Of a DNA stretch of 64,000 bases, positions 17,278-27,232 are shown piece after piece. The notes beneath the pieces are model-generated. The model saw only the letters and a program-made list of their open reading frames with translations, made no database searches and had not been told where the DNA came from. Position 1 is the stretch's first letter. Every line of letters begins with the position of its first letter. The stretch is taken from contig JAMCYU010000004.1 of assembly GCA_023473585.1 (NCBI GenBank), positions 66,033-130,032 on the forward strand, given 5' to 3'. Both the position numbers and the translations under genes were made by a program. Origin of the DNA: Patescibacteria group bacterium (lineage in GTDB: Bacteria > Patescibacteriota > Microgenomatia > JAMCYU01).

Positions 17278-19260
17278 ATGATGTTTAAGTTGCGTTCTTC
17301 TTTTAAGCCGATCGGCGACCAGCCGCAGGCCATTAAAGGCCTAATTGACGGCCTTAAGAAAGACTATTCTGATCAGGTTCTTCTGGGTGTGACCGGTTCC
17401 GGGAAAACCTTTACCTTGGCTAATGTCATCGCCCATCTTCAAAAACCGACTTTGGTTATTTCCCATAACAAAACTTTGGCCGCCCAGCTTTATCAGGAAT
17501 TTCGCGATTTCTTTCCCCAAAACGCCGTTTCTTATTTTGTTTCTTATTATGATTATTATCAACCGGAATCATATCTTCCCCAAACCGATACCTATATCGA
17601 AAAGGAAACGGAAATCAACGATTTAATCGATAAGCTAAGGCTTCAGGCAACGACGAATTTAATGACCAGAAAAGATACGATTATTGTGGCTTCGGTTTCA
17701 TGTATTTACAATATCGGCTCGCCGAAAGAATACGGTCATTTTGTTCTTAATCTTGAATTAGGCCAAAGTATCGAAAGAGAACAAATTTTAAAAAAATTGG
17801 TAAGGCTTCAATATGAAAGATCGGACTATGTCTTTATTCAGGGAACTTATCGTGTCAGAGGAGAAACTTTGGATATTTTTCCGGCTTACGAAGATTTTGC
17901 TTACCGTGTGGAATTGGAAAACGCCCGGGTTAAAATGATTTCTAAAATTGACCCTTTAAATAGTCAGAAACTTAAAAGTGCCAAGGCAGAAGTTAAAACT
18001 CTGGTTATCTATCCGGCCAAACATTATATGACTGACCCGGAAACAACGGAAAAATCTTTTGGTCAGATAAGGGAAGATTTAGAAAAACAGTTGCAAAAAT
18101 TTAAAAAAGAAAGAAAATTTTTAGAAGCCCAAAGGCTTAAAAGCCGGGTTAACTACGATTTGGAAATGATTAAGGAAGTGGGTTTCGTCAACGGCATTGA
18201 AAATTATTCAAGATATTTCGACGGTAGGCAAGCAGGAGATCCGCCCTTTACCCTTTTGGATTATTTTAACGAGCCTTATAAAAAAGACTGGTTATGCGTG
18301 ATTGATGAATCTCATATGACGGTGCCGCAACTTAACGGCATGTATCGTGGTGACCGCTCGCGCAAGGAAACCTTAATCAATTTTGGTTTTCGACTACCCG
18401 CGGCTTTGGATAACCGGCCCCTGAAATTTGACGAATTTACAAGACGTCTTCCTCAAACCATTTACGTTTCCGCCACCCCTTCTCCTTGGGAAATCAGCCG
18501 TTCTCAACAGGTTGTCGAACAACTGATAAGGCCGACCGGTCTTTTGGATCCGGAAATTATTCTTAAAGAAAGCCAGGGACAAATTGATGATTTAATCCAA
18601 AGAATTGACGAAAGAGTTAAAGCCGGTGAAAGAGTTTTGGTGACGACCTTAACAAAAAGAATGGCAGAGGATTTAGCTGCCTATCTGGAGGAAAGAGGCA
18701 CCAAAGTTCATTATCTTCATGCGGACGTTGAGACTTTGGACCGAACGGACATTCTTGATGACTTAAGAGAGGGAAAATATGATGTTTTGGTTGGTATCAA
18801 TCTCTTAAGAGAGGGTCTTGATTTACCGGAAGTTTCGCTGGTGGCCATTCTGGATGCTGATAAGGAAGGTTTTTTACGTTCGGAAACAAGCTTAATTCAA
18901 ACCATGGGCCGGGCGGCCCGTCATCTTCACGGACAAGTTGTCATGTACGCTGATAAAATTACCGGATCAATGCAACGGGCCATTGATGAGGTTGGGCGCC
19001 GGCGAAAAAAACAATTGGCTTATAATCTAAAATTTAAGATCACACCTGCGTCAATTAAAAAACCCATCAGGGAAAAATTAGTCAAAAGACCCAAAATAAA
19101 GGAAGAAAAGGAAAAACTTTCTAAAATTGAAGTTGACCAGCTGACGCCTGAAGATAAAAAGAGATTACTGGCAAGGTTAAATCGGCAAATGCGGGAGGCT
19201 TCAAAAAATTTAGATTTTGAACTGGCGGTAAAAATTAGAGATCAAATTAAGAAATTGTGA
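17278..19260 (+). CDS. uvrB: excinuclease ABC subunit B
   Basis: 660 aa; VTGSGKTF Walker A, helicase motifs, C-terminal UVR domain. Confidence 0.9.
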   Translation: MMFKLRSSFKPIGDQPQAIKGLIDGLKKDYSDQVLLGVTGSGKTFTLANVIAHLQKPTLVISHNKTLAAQLYQEFRDFFPQNAVSYFVSYYDYYQPESYLPQTDTYIEKETEINDLIDKLRLQATTNLMTRKDTIIVASVSCIYNIGSPKEYGHFVLNLELGQSIEREQILKKLVRLQYERSDYVFIQGTYRVRGETLDIFPAYEDFAYRVELENARVKMISKIDPLNSQKLKSAKAEVKTLVIYPAKHYMTDPETTEKSFGQIREDLEKQLQKFKKERKFLEAQRLKSRVNYDLEMIKEVGFVNGIENYSRYFDGRQAGDPPFTLLDYFNEPYKKDWLCVIDESHMTVPQLNGMYRGDRSRKETLINFGFRLPAALDNRPLKFDEFTRRLPQTIYVSATPSPWEISRSQQVVEQLIRPTGLLDPEIILKESQGQIDDLIQRIDERVKAGERVLVTTLTKRMAEDLAAYLEERGTKVHYLHADVETLDRTDILDDLREGKYDVLVGINLLREGLDLPEVSLVAILDADKEGFLRSETSLIQTMGRAARHLHGQVVMYADKITGSMQRAIDEVGRRRKKQLAYNLKFKITPASIKKPIREKLVKRPKIKEEKEKLSKIEVDQLTPEDKKRLLARLNRQMREASKNLDFELAVKIRDQIKKL

Positions 19261-19474
19261 TTTTATGCCAACGATTTCTTCTTGGTTCACTTTTTTCGAG
19301 TCCACCAGAATTCGGATTCTGAGAACAAAGACCGAGGCATTTATTTCTTAAAGCAGCGTTTTTATGACCTAAGCGATTTTCTGGGTCTTTGTGGCTCCAA
19401 TAATTATAAATTTGTGAACATTTTCGAGAGATAACACCGCCAAAATAACCTTGTTCACTCGTATTGTGACCCAT
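19247..19474 (-). CDS. hypothetical small Cys/His-containing protein
   Basis: 75 aa ORF antisense between uvrB and uvrA. Perfect SD AAGGAGG 5 nt upstream of the ATG on the minus strand. Confidence 0.35.
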   Translation of the reverse strand: MGHNTSEQGYFGGVISRKCSQIYNYWSHKDPENRLGHKNAALRNKCLGLCSQNPNSGGLEKSEPRRNRWHKITIS

Positions 19475-19573
19475 CTTTTCCTCCTTATGCAGTTTCTTAC
19501 TGACGGATTATACCACATAACCGTAAACCCTTTCTAATCTTTCTCTTTTCTGGTATAATTTTACGTCCTTTAT

Positions 19574-22489
19574 ATGCAAGATGAAATTATTATCCGGGGA
19601 GCCAGGGTTCATAATCTCAAAAACGTTGATGCAAAGATTCCCAAAAATAAACTCGTCGTTTTTACGGGTTTATCCGGCAGCGGCAAGTCTTCCATGGCTT
19701 TTGATACCATTTACGCCGAGGGACAAAGACGCTACGTTGAATCCCTTTCTGCTTATGCCCGGCAATTCTTAGGCGTTATGGATAAACCCGACGTTGATTC
19801 TATCGAGGGACTTTCTCCGGCCATTTCGATTGATCAAAAATCCGTCTCTCATAACCCGCGCTCCACGGTCGGAACCGTCACCGAAATTTATGATTATTTA
19901 AGGTTGCTTTTTGCCCGCATCGGTCATCCTCATTGTCCGAATTGCGGTCGGGAAATCAGCCAGCAGTCAAGTCAACAGGTTGTTGAACAAACCCTAAGTT
20001 TAACCACAAAAATTTTAGACTCAAAAAAACAAGTCCGACTAATGATTCTTTCGCCGGTGGTCAGGGATCGCAGGGGAGAATTTAAGGAACTTTTTAAAAA
20101 TCTTCAAAGCAAAGGTTTCCAAAAGATAAGAATTGACAAACAAACTTATTCCCTAACAGACGACCTTACCCTTATCAAAACCAATAAACACACGATCGAG
20201 GCGGTTATTGACCAGCTGACGATTGATAAAATCCTTCTGCGGCATCAGGATAAATTACTTAATCTTAAAACCCGGTTAAACGACAGTATTGAACAGGCGT
20301 TAAAATTAGCCGATGGCTTAGTTATCGTGGCTGAAGTTTTGGATGCTGATTTTAATTTTCCGGAAAAACCCCAAAAATTTGCCGATCATCTTTTTTCCGA
20401 ACATTTCTCCTGTCCTGTCTGTAACTTAAGTTTACCACCCCTTGAACCCCGAACTTTTTCTTTTAATTCGCCTTACGGCGCCTGTCCTCAATGCTCCGGA
20501 TTGGGAACTCTTTTGAAAGTTGATGAAACTTTAGTTTTAAATCCCAATTTATCCATTACCGAAGGCGGTCTTCTTCCTTTTGCGAAGGCTTTTTTCCATG
20601 AAACTTGGTTTTCCCGAATTATTTTAAACGTCTGTCAAAAACAAAACATCAACCCGCGTTTGCCGCTTTCTTCTTTATCGGCAGAACAAAAAAGAATTCT
20701 TCTTTACGGAACCGGGGAGGAAATCCATGTTGTTGAAGGAAAAAATCGTTTCGGCAGTTTAACTCATATCCATGAAACTTTTGCCGGGATTATCTTTGAA
20801 TTAGAAAGACACTATCGGGAAACCGAATCTGATTATGTGAGGCTTGAAATAGAAAAATACATGCGGCGGGAAATTTGTCCCGAATGCCGGGGCGGAAGAC
20901 TTAAAAAGGAAGTCCTGTCGATCACGATTAACGGGCAATCAATTATTGAAATCACCAATTTATCAATCAGGGAAGCTTTGTCCTGGATTAACAATCTAAG
21001 CCTTCATCTTTCCGTTAGGGAGCAAACCATTGCTCACTTGGTGATCAAGGAAATTAAAACCCGGCTTAGCTTTTTAAACTCGGTCGGTTTGGATTACTTA
21101 ACCGTCGATCGGGGAACCCAAACCCTAGCCGGTGGGGAAGCCCAAAGAATCAGACTGGCTTCTCAAATCGGTTCCGGACTTTCCGGTGTTTTATATGTTT
21201 TAGATGAGCCGTCCATTGGTTTGCATCCAAGGGACAATCACAAGCTCATTGAGACCTTAAGAAATCTTCGCGATTTAGGCAATACCGTTATCGTCGTCGA
21301 GCACGACCGGGAGATGATCGAATCCGCCGATTTTATTTTTGATTTTGGGCCGGGTGCCGGTGATCATGGCGGTCAAATTGTGGCGACGGGAACTTTAAAC
21401 CAGATAAAAAATCATCAAGATTCTTTAACGGGGGCGTATTTGGCGGAAAGGAAAAAGATTAAAGTCGAACCGTCTTCCGCTTCTTCCGCCGCTCATTTTT
21501 TAAAAATTAACGGCTGCCAACAGTTTAATCTTAAAAAGATTGATGTCTCTTTTCCTTTAGGCAAGTTTATTTGCGTTACCGGCGTTTCCGGTTCCGGCAA
21601 ATCAACCCTCATTGTGGAAACCCTTTATCACGCTTTAGCCCAAAAAATTAATCCCTACCATCGGGAAAAACCAGGCAAATTTGAAAGCCTTGAAGGTCTG
21701 GATTATGTCAATAAAATTATTTTGATTGATCAGTCGCCGATTGGCCGGACACCAAGATCAAATCCGGTAACTTATACCGGCGCTTTTAATTTTATCCGCG
21801 ATTTATTCGCTCAAACACCCGAAGCTAAAGTCCGCGGCTATAAAACCGGAAGATTTTCCTTTAATGTTAAGGGGGGAAGATGTGAAGCCTGTGAGGGCGA
21901 AGGTCAAATAAAAATCGAGATGCAATTTTTACCCGATGTTTATGTGGATTGCGAAGTCTGCCATGGTCAAAGATATAACCATGAAACTCTCGAAGTCACC
22001 TTTAAGGGCAAAAACATCGCCGAAATCTTAGACATGACCGTTGAGGAAGCTTTAGTTTTCTTTACCCATATCCCGACGCTTGTTGATAAACTGCAAACTT
22101 TAACCGATGTTGGTTTGTCTTACATGCATTTAGGGCAGCCGGCGCCAACTCTGTCAGGCGGGGAGGCGCAAAGAGTTAAATTGGCCAGTGAGCTTTCCAA
22201 GAGAGCCACGGGGAAGACTTTGTATATTTTAGACGAACCTACCACGGGACTTCATTTTGCCGATTTAGAAAAATTGCTCCTGGTTCTCAAACAATTAGTG
22301 CAAAAGGGCAATACGGTCGTTATCATCGAACATAATCTTGATGTCATCAAAAACGCCGATTATCTTATTGATTTAGGCCCCGAGGGCGGAGACAAAGGAG
22401 GATACTTAGTTGCCAGCGGGACACCTTACGAGGTATCCTTAAAAAGGAAAGAGTCTCAAACAGGCCAATTTCTGGCAAGAATACTTTAG
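19574..22489 (+). CDS. uvrA: excinuclease ABC subunit A
   Basis: 971 aa, two ABC ATPase modules, zinc-finger cysteines; N-terminus IIRGARVHNLKNVD typical. Confidence 0.95.
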   Translation: MQDEIIIRGARVHNLKNVDAKIPKNKLVVFTGLSGSGKSSMAFDTIYAEGQRRYVESLSAYARQFLGVMDKPDVDSIEGLSPAISIDQKSVSHNPRSTVGTVTEIYDYLRLLFARIGHPHCPNCGREISQQSSQQVVEQTLSLTTKILDSKKQVRLMILSPVVRDRRGEFKELFKNLQSKGFQKIRIDKQTYSLTDDLTLIKTNKHTIEAVIDQLTIDKILLRHQDKLLNLKTRLNDSIEQALKLADGLVIVAEVLDADFNFPEKPQKFADHLFSEHFSCPVCNLSLPPLEPRTFSFNSPYGACPQCSGLGTLLKVDETLVLNPNLSITEGGLLPFAKAFFHETWFSRIILNVCQKQNINPRLPLSSLSAEQKRILLYGTGEEIHVVEGKNRFGSLTHIHETFAGIIFELERHYRETESDYVRLEIEKYMRREICPECRGGRLKKEVLSITINGQSIIEITNLSIREALSWINNLSLHLSVREQTIAHLVIKEIKTRLSFLNSVGLDYLTVDRGTQTLAGGEAQRIRLASQIGSGLSGVLYVLDEPSIGLHPRDNHKLIETLRNLRDLGNTVIVVEHDREMIESADFIFDFGPGAGDHGGQIVATGTLNQIKNHQDSLTGAYLAERKKIKVEPSSASSAAHFLKINGCQQFNLKKIDVSFPLGKFICVTGVSGSGKSTLIVETLYHALAQKINPYHREKPGKFESLEGLDYVNKIILIDQSPIGRTPRSNPVTYTGAFNFIRDLFAQTPEAKVRGYKTGRFSFNVKGGRCEACEGEGQIKIEMQFLPDVYVDCEVCHGQRYNHETLEVTFKGKNIAEILDMTVEEALVFFTHIPTLVDKLQTLTDVGLSYMHLGQPAPTLSGGEAQRVKLASELSKRATGKTLYILDEPTTGLHFADLEKLLLVLKQLVQKGNTVVIIEHNLDVIKNADYLIDLGPEGGDKGGYLVASGTPYEVSLKRKESQTGQFLARIL

Positions 22490-22498
22490 TTTAAAAAA

Positions 22499-24298
22499 AT
22501 GATCAAGTTTTTTTTCGTCGTTTTCTCTTTTTTCTTTTCTTTTCTTTTCTTCTTTGCCAAAGACGCCCGGGCTTCTAATGAATTTTCTTCAGCTTATGAT
22601 CTGACTTTCGAGGTCAAAAATGACGCCAAAACTTTTGTTTTACAAAATATCCATTTAACAAATTTAACGACCAATTATTACGCTTCCGAATACACCCTGA
22701 TTTTGGGAACCGATAAAATTGAACAAATAGAAGCTTTTGACGGTCAAGGACCATTAAAAATCAAGGTGGAAAAAAATTTCGAGCAAACCAAAATTCATGT
22801 TCAATTTAACGAAAAAATTGTCGGTTTGGGGAAAATTTTAAACTGGACTTTAAAATACCAAAGTTTGGAAATTGCCAAAAAATTAGGCAGAATCTGGGAA
22901 ATTAACATTCCCAGATTGTCTGCCGAAGAGAACCCGACCTTCTATAACGTTTCTCTCCTCGTCCCTCCGGTTTTTAATGAGCCGGCCTATGTTTTCCCGC
23001 AGCCTAAAAATCGCTATTACTGGACGCTTCATGAGGGTTCAAAAGACGGGATCAGTCTGGCTTTCGGTGACTGGCAAGGATTTAAATTTGATCTTAATTA
23101 TCATCTTGAAAATAAGCAACTTCTTTCCGGAAAAACGGAAATTGCTTTACCGGCAGACACACCTTACCAAAAGATAATTCTTAAAAATATTAACCCCAAA
23201 CCTAAAAAAATCAGGGTTGATCATGATGGCAATTGGTTAGCCGAGTATTTTCTTTTACCCAAACAAAAACTTGACGTTAAGGTTTCCGGTTCGGTGAAGA
23301 TTTTTGCCCAAGAACAACCCGATTACCCGAAAGACGACGGCGCTTCTGTTTACCATAATTATTTAAAGACGGAAGAATTTTGGGAGCAAAATGAAAAGAT
23401 AAAAGAGCTTGCTAAGCAATTAAAAACGCCGCGCGAGATCTATGATTACGTTATTAAAACTCTAAATTATGATTACGAACGCGCTAATCAGGAAACCAAG
23501 CGTCTGGGAGCGGCGGCAATTTTAACCCAGCCTCAAAAGGCTATTTGTATGGAATTCACTGATCTTTTCATTGCTTTAGCCAGAAGTTCAAATCTTCCCG
23601 CGCGTGAAGTTGATGGTTTTGCTTACACCAGCAATTCAAAACTAAAACCTCTGTCTTTAGTCACCGATGTTTTACATTCCTGGCCGGAATATTGGGATAA
23701 AGATAAAAATCTTTGGGTGCAAATTGATCCGACCTGGGGGAAAACCAGCCAGATGAATTATTTTGACCGCTTTGATTTTAATCATTTTGCTTTTGTCATC
23801 AGGGGTTTAAGTTCTAAAGAACCCTATCCCGCCGGTTCCTATCGAAGCCAAAGTGGCGGTAAAGACGTCCTGGTTGAATTTAGCGATGATATCCCGCAAG
23901 AAACGACGCAAAACCCAAAGGTCGAAATCGTTTTCCCCAAAAAATATCTTGCCGGTTTGCCCTTAAAAGGCAAAGTTATTATTTCTAACCCGAACCGGAC
24001 CGCTCTTTATAATTTAAAACCAAGCCTTAATTCCTCGTTCCAAATCAAGAATCATGATCTTGAAATCCCCATTTTGCCGCCTCAAGCCGAAAAAATCATG
24101 GAGATAGAAATTCCTAATAACGATTTTTTCCTTAATGCTTTAGGCTTGGTAACTTTAAGCTTGGATGGCCGACCTTACACGGCCAGGATAAACATTATTT
24201 CTTTGCCATTATTAATCATCCCGCTCGTTATTTTAATCGTCAGCTTAGGTTTTCTCCTTTGTCATGTTGGGAAAAAAATATGGACCAGAATCTTTTGA
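22499..24298 (+). CDS. transglutaminase-like domain protein, signal peptide and C-terminal TM anchor
   Basis: Catalytic-core-like AICMEFTDLF (Cys), HSWPEYW (His), DPTW (Asp). Confidence 0.5.
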   Translation: MIKFFFVVFSFFFSFLFFFAKDARASNEFSSAYDLTFEVKNDAKTFVLQNIHLTNLTTNYYASEYTLILGTDKIEQIEAFDGQGPLKIKVEKNFEQTKIHVQFNEKIVGLGKILNWTLKYQSLEIAKKLGRIWEINIPRLSAEENPTFYNVSLLVPPVFNEPAYVFPQPKNRYYWTLHEGSKDGISLAFGDWQGFKFDLNYHLENKQLLSGKTEIALPADTPYQKIILKNINPKPKKIRVDHDGNWLAEYFLLPKQKLDVKVSGSVKIFAQEQPDYPKDDGASVYHNYLKTEEFWEQNEKIKELAKQLKTPREIYDYVIKTLNYDYERANQETKRLGAAAILTQPQKAICMEFTDLFIALARSSNLPAREVDGFAYTSNSKLKPLSLVTDVLHSWPEYWDKDKNLWVQIDPTWGKTSQMNYFDRFDFNHFAFVIRGLSSKEPYPAGSYRSQSGGKDVLVEFSDDIPQETTQNPKVEIVFPKKYLAGLPLKGKVIISNPNRTALYNLKPSLNSSFQIKNHDLEIPILPPQAEKIMEIEIPNNDFFLNALGLVTLSLDGRPYTARINIISLPLLIIPLVILIVSLGFLLCHVGKKIWTRIF

Positions 24299-25572
24299 AC
24301 GACCTAAAAGGTTTGCCACAAACGCCGGGGGTTTATTTGTTTGCCGACAAAGAAAACCAAATTCTTTATGTCGGCAAGGCTCTGAATCTTCAGCATAGAG
24401 TCCGAAGTTATAAAAACGTCCTTGACCCAAAAACAAAACTTTTGTTCAGTCAGGTTGCCAAAATCAACCATATCAAAGTCTTTTCGGAATTTGAAGCGCT
24501 TTTGCTGGAAAGCTCCTTAATCAAAAAATATCAACCCAAATATAATTTAAGATTAAAAGACGATAAAAGTTTTTTATACATCGCCGTAACGCCGGAAGAA
24601 TATCCTAAGGTTTTAAGCGTCAGAAAAAACGATTTGACCCAAACCAAATATCTCTTTGGCCCTTTTCCTTCTGCAAAAACCGTTAAAGAGGTTTTGTTTT
24701 TTTTAAGAAAGATTTTTCCTTACTGCAGCCAGAAAGGCAAAAACTTAAAACCGTGTTTTTGGCATCATCTAAAACTCTGCGACCCTTGCCCCGGTGAAAT
24801 TAATAAATTAATTGGGGAAGAAAAGAAAAAACAAAAACAAATTTATCTTCGCAATCTAAAAAATTTGGCGGCTGTTTTATCGGGTGAATCCAAGAACTTA
24901 ATCAAAAATTTAACCTCGCAAATGCAATTGGCAGCCAAACAACAAAATTTCGAACAGGCCTTAACATTGCGCGATCAAAGAGAAAAACTAAACTGGTTAA
25001 CCGGTTCTTATTATCGAACCGGTCTTTATTTGGAAAAACCCAATTTTTTTGAAGAAGAACAGCAAAATGAGTTAAAAACTCTGAAAAAATTATTGAAGTT
25101 GCCCTCGTTAAAAAAAATTGAGGGTTATGATCTTTCCAATCTTTCCGGTCTTTTTGCCTCCGGCTCAATGGTCGTCTTTGCTGATGGCATCATGGCTCCT
25201 GATCAATACCGGCGCTTTAAAATAAAAAGAATCGGTCAGCCTAACGACGTCGGCATGCTCACCGAGGTTTTAACCCGGCGGCTTAAGCATCAAGAATGGA
25301 CTTATCCAGATTTAATTATGGTTGACGGCGGTCAGACTCAAGTTTCCGCGGCCTTAAAAATCATTAATTTGGCCAATTTAGATATTCCGGTGATCGGCTT
25401 AGCTAAAAAAATGGAGCGGATTATCTATAAAGATGGTCTTCTTTGGCGAAAACTAAAATTGGACGAAACCGATGCCGGCCTTAACCTTTTAAAAAGAATC
25501 AGAGACGAATCGCACCGTTTTGCTTTAGCTTATCATTTTAAGCTAAGAGAGAAAACTTTGGGTTTGACATAA
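24280..25572 (+). CDS. uvrC: excinuclease ABC subunit C (short form lacking C-terminal HhH)
   Basis: N-terminal GIY-YIG domain (GVYLF...ILYVGKA), UVR motif, RNase H-like endonuclease region. Only ~431 aa. Confidence 0.7.
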   Translation: MDQNLLNDLKGLPQTPGVYLFADKENQILYVGKALNLQHRVRSYKNVLDPKTKLLFSQVAKINHIKVFSEFEALLLESSLIKKYQPKYNLRLKDDKSFLYIAVTPEEYPKVLSVRKNDLTQTKYLFGPFPSAKTVKEVLFFLRKIFPYCSQKGKNLKPCFWHHLKLCDPCPGEINKLIGEEKKKQKQIYLRNLKNLAAVLSGESKNLIKNLTSQMQLAAKQQNFEQALTLRDQREKLNWLTGSYYRTGLYLEKPNFFEEEQQNELKTLKKLLKLPSLKKIEGYDLSNLSGLFASGSMVVFADGIMAPDQYRRFKIKRIGQPNDVGMLTEVLTRRLKHQEWTYPDLIMVDGGQTQVSAALKIINLANLDIPVIGLAKKMERIIYKDGLLWRKLKLDETDAGLNLLKRIRDESHRFALAYHFKLREKTLGLT

Positions 25573-25602
25573 AATAGGATCTTTGTTAGCATTAAGGGGT
25601 TC

Positions 25603-26004
25603 ATGAAGACATTATTAAGGTTATTTCTCTACAGTACCTTTGCTCTGTGGCTGACCCAGGTTGTTTCCGGCGGCTTAAAAATAGCCGGCGGTTTAGAAAC
25701 GCAAATTATTGCCGGCGCCGCCTTAGCCTTTATTTATCTTTTCGTTAAACCCATCTTAAAACTCTTTTTTTTACCCATCAATCTTCTTTCTTTAGGACTC
25801 TTATCTTGGCTTATTAACGTGGCGATTTTATATGTGTTAACCCTGATGGTTCCCCAAATTACCATCTCGGCTTGGCAATTTTCTGGTTTATCTTATCAGG
25901 GATTTTCCCTCCCTTCTTATTATTTCAGCCAGACGACTTCTTTTGTGGCCTCCGCTCTTATCTTAAGCTTTTTTATTAATTTTTTAGTTTGGCTTTCTAA
26001 ATGA
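25603..26004 (+). CDS. DUF360/YvlD-like membrane protein (phage holin superfamily IV-like)
   Basis: 133 aa, four TM segments with a YvlD-like pattern. Confidence 0.4.
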   Translation: MKTLLRLFLYSTFALWLTQVVSGGLKIAGGLETQIIAGAALAFIYLFVKPILKLFFLPINLLSLGLLSWLINVAILYVLTLMVPQITISAWQFSGLSYQGFSLPSYYFSQTTSFVASALILSFFINFLVWLSK

Positions 26005-27011
26005 ATAATCAACCCAAAATTGTCTGCATCGGCGGCGGCACGGGAACTTTTGTTGTCCTAAGGGGCCTTAAATATCATCCTTATAAGCTTTCGGCCATTG
26101 TCAGCATGAGTGATTCCGGAGGCAGCAATAAAAGAATCAGAGACGAATTTGGTTTGTTGCCGACTTCTGATTTACGTCAATGTCTGGTGGCTCTTTCCGA
26201 GGAAAATGGCGGGGTAGGACTTTTAAGAAAATTGTTCATGTATCGCTTTGAAAAAGGCCAGGGTATTTCCGGAATGACTTTTGGGAATCTTTTCATGGCG
26301 GCGCTTGCTGATATTTTAGGCTCCCAGGAAGAAGCCATCAAGCAAACCGGCAAAGTTTTGCGGATTCACGGCACGGTGATTCCGGTCACCTTTACCAAGA
26401 CGAATTTATACGCTGAATACGAAAATGGTCAAGTTCTTAAAGAAGAGCATCTGATTGATGAACCGCCCCATGATGGCACTTTAAAAATTACCGATATCTA
26501 CCTTAAACCCAAGGCCAAAGCCAACCCCGAAGCGTTAAATGTGCTCAGGGAAGCCGACCTTATTGTTTTAGGTCCGGGCGATCTTTATACCAGTCTTTTA
26601 CCTAATTTATTAATTGGCGAAATTTCGAACTCTCTTAAAAAAGCTCGGGGCAAAATTGTTTACGTCATGAATTTAATGACAAAATACGGTCAAACCTATA
26701 ATTACTCGGCCATGGATCATTTAAGAGTCATTGAGCAATTGATCGGCAAATCTGTCAATTATATTATTTTGAATAACGGGCGTTTAAACGAAACGACTTT
26801 AAAGGTCTACGCGAAATATCACGAATCTCCGGTTTTAAACGACTTAAGCGAAAATGACTATTTTAAAATCATTAAAGCTGACGTTGCCAATCGAGGCACT
26901 TTTAAGAAGTCTAGGGCCGATGCCTTGGTTCGCAGTTTAATTCGTCATGACAGTAAAAAATTAGCCCAAACGCTTGTTGATATTATTTCATCAGAAAGAG
27001 GTAACTTATGA
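26001..27011 (+). CDS. gluconeogenesis factor YvcK/CofD-like (UPF0052)
   Basis: N-terminus IVCIGGGTGTFVVLRGLK is the family signature. Confidence 0.65.
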   Translation: MNNQPKIVCIGGGTGTFVVLRGLKYHPYKLSAIVSMSDSGGSNKRIRDEFGLLPTSDLRQCLVALSEENGGVGLLRKLFMYRFEKGQGISGMTFGNLFMAALADILGSQEEAIKQTGKVLRIHGTVIPVTFTKTNLYAEYENGQVLKEEHLIDEPPHDGTLKITDIYLKPKAKANPEALNVLREADLIVLGPGDLYTSLLPNLLIGEISNSLKKARGKIVYVMNLMTKYGQTYNYSAMDHLRVIEQLIGKSVNYIILNNGRLNETTLKVYAKYHESPVLNDLSENDYFKIIKADVANRGTFKKSRADALVRSLIRHDSKKLAQTLVDIISSERGNL

Positions 27012-27223
27012 ATAACATCCTGTTAATTATCCAAATTATTGTCTCTGTCCTTTTAATTGCCGCCATTTTATTACAAAATAGGGGACAAGGACTCTCGGCA
27101 AGTTTTGGCGGCAGCGGCGAATTTTACCGTTCTAAAAGAGGCCTGGAAAAAATTCTTTTTTGGTTGACGGTTATTTTGGTTGGTCTCTTCCTAATAACTT
27201 CTCTGGTTAATCTCGTGCTTTAG
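27008..27223 (+). CDS. secG: preprotein translocase subunit SecG
   Basis: 71 aa, two TM segments, LLQNRGQGLSASFGG motif. Confidence 0.65.
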   Translation: MNNILLIIQIIVSVLLIAAILLQNRGQGLSASFGGSGEFYRSKRGLEKILFWLTVILVGLFLITSLVNLVL

Positions 27224-27232
27224 AATGAGAAT

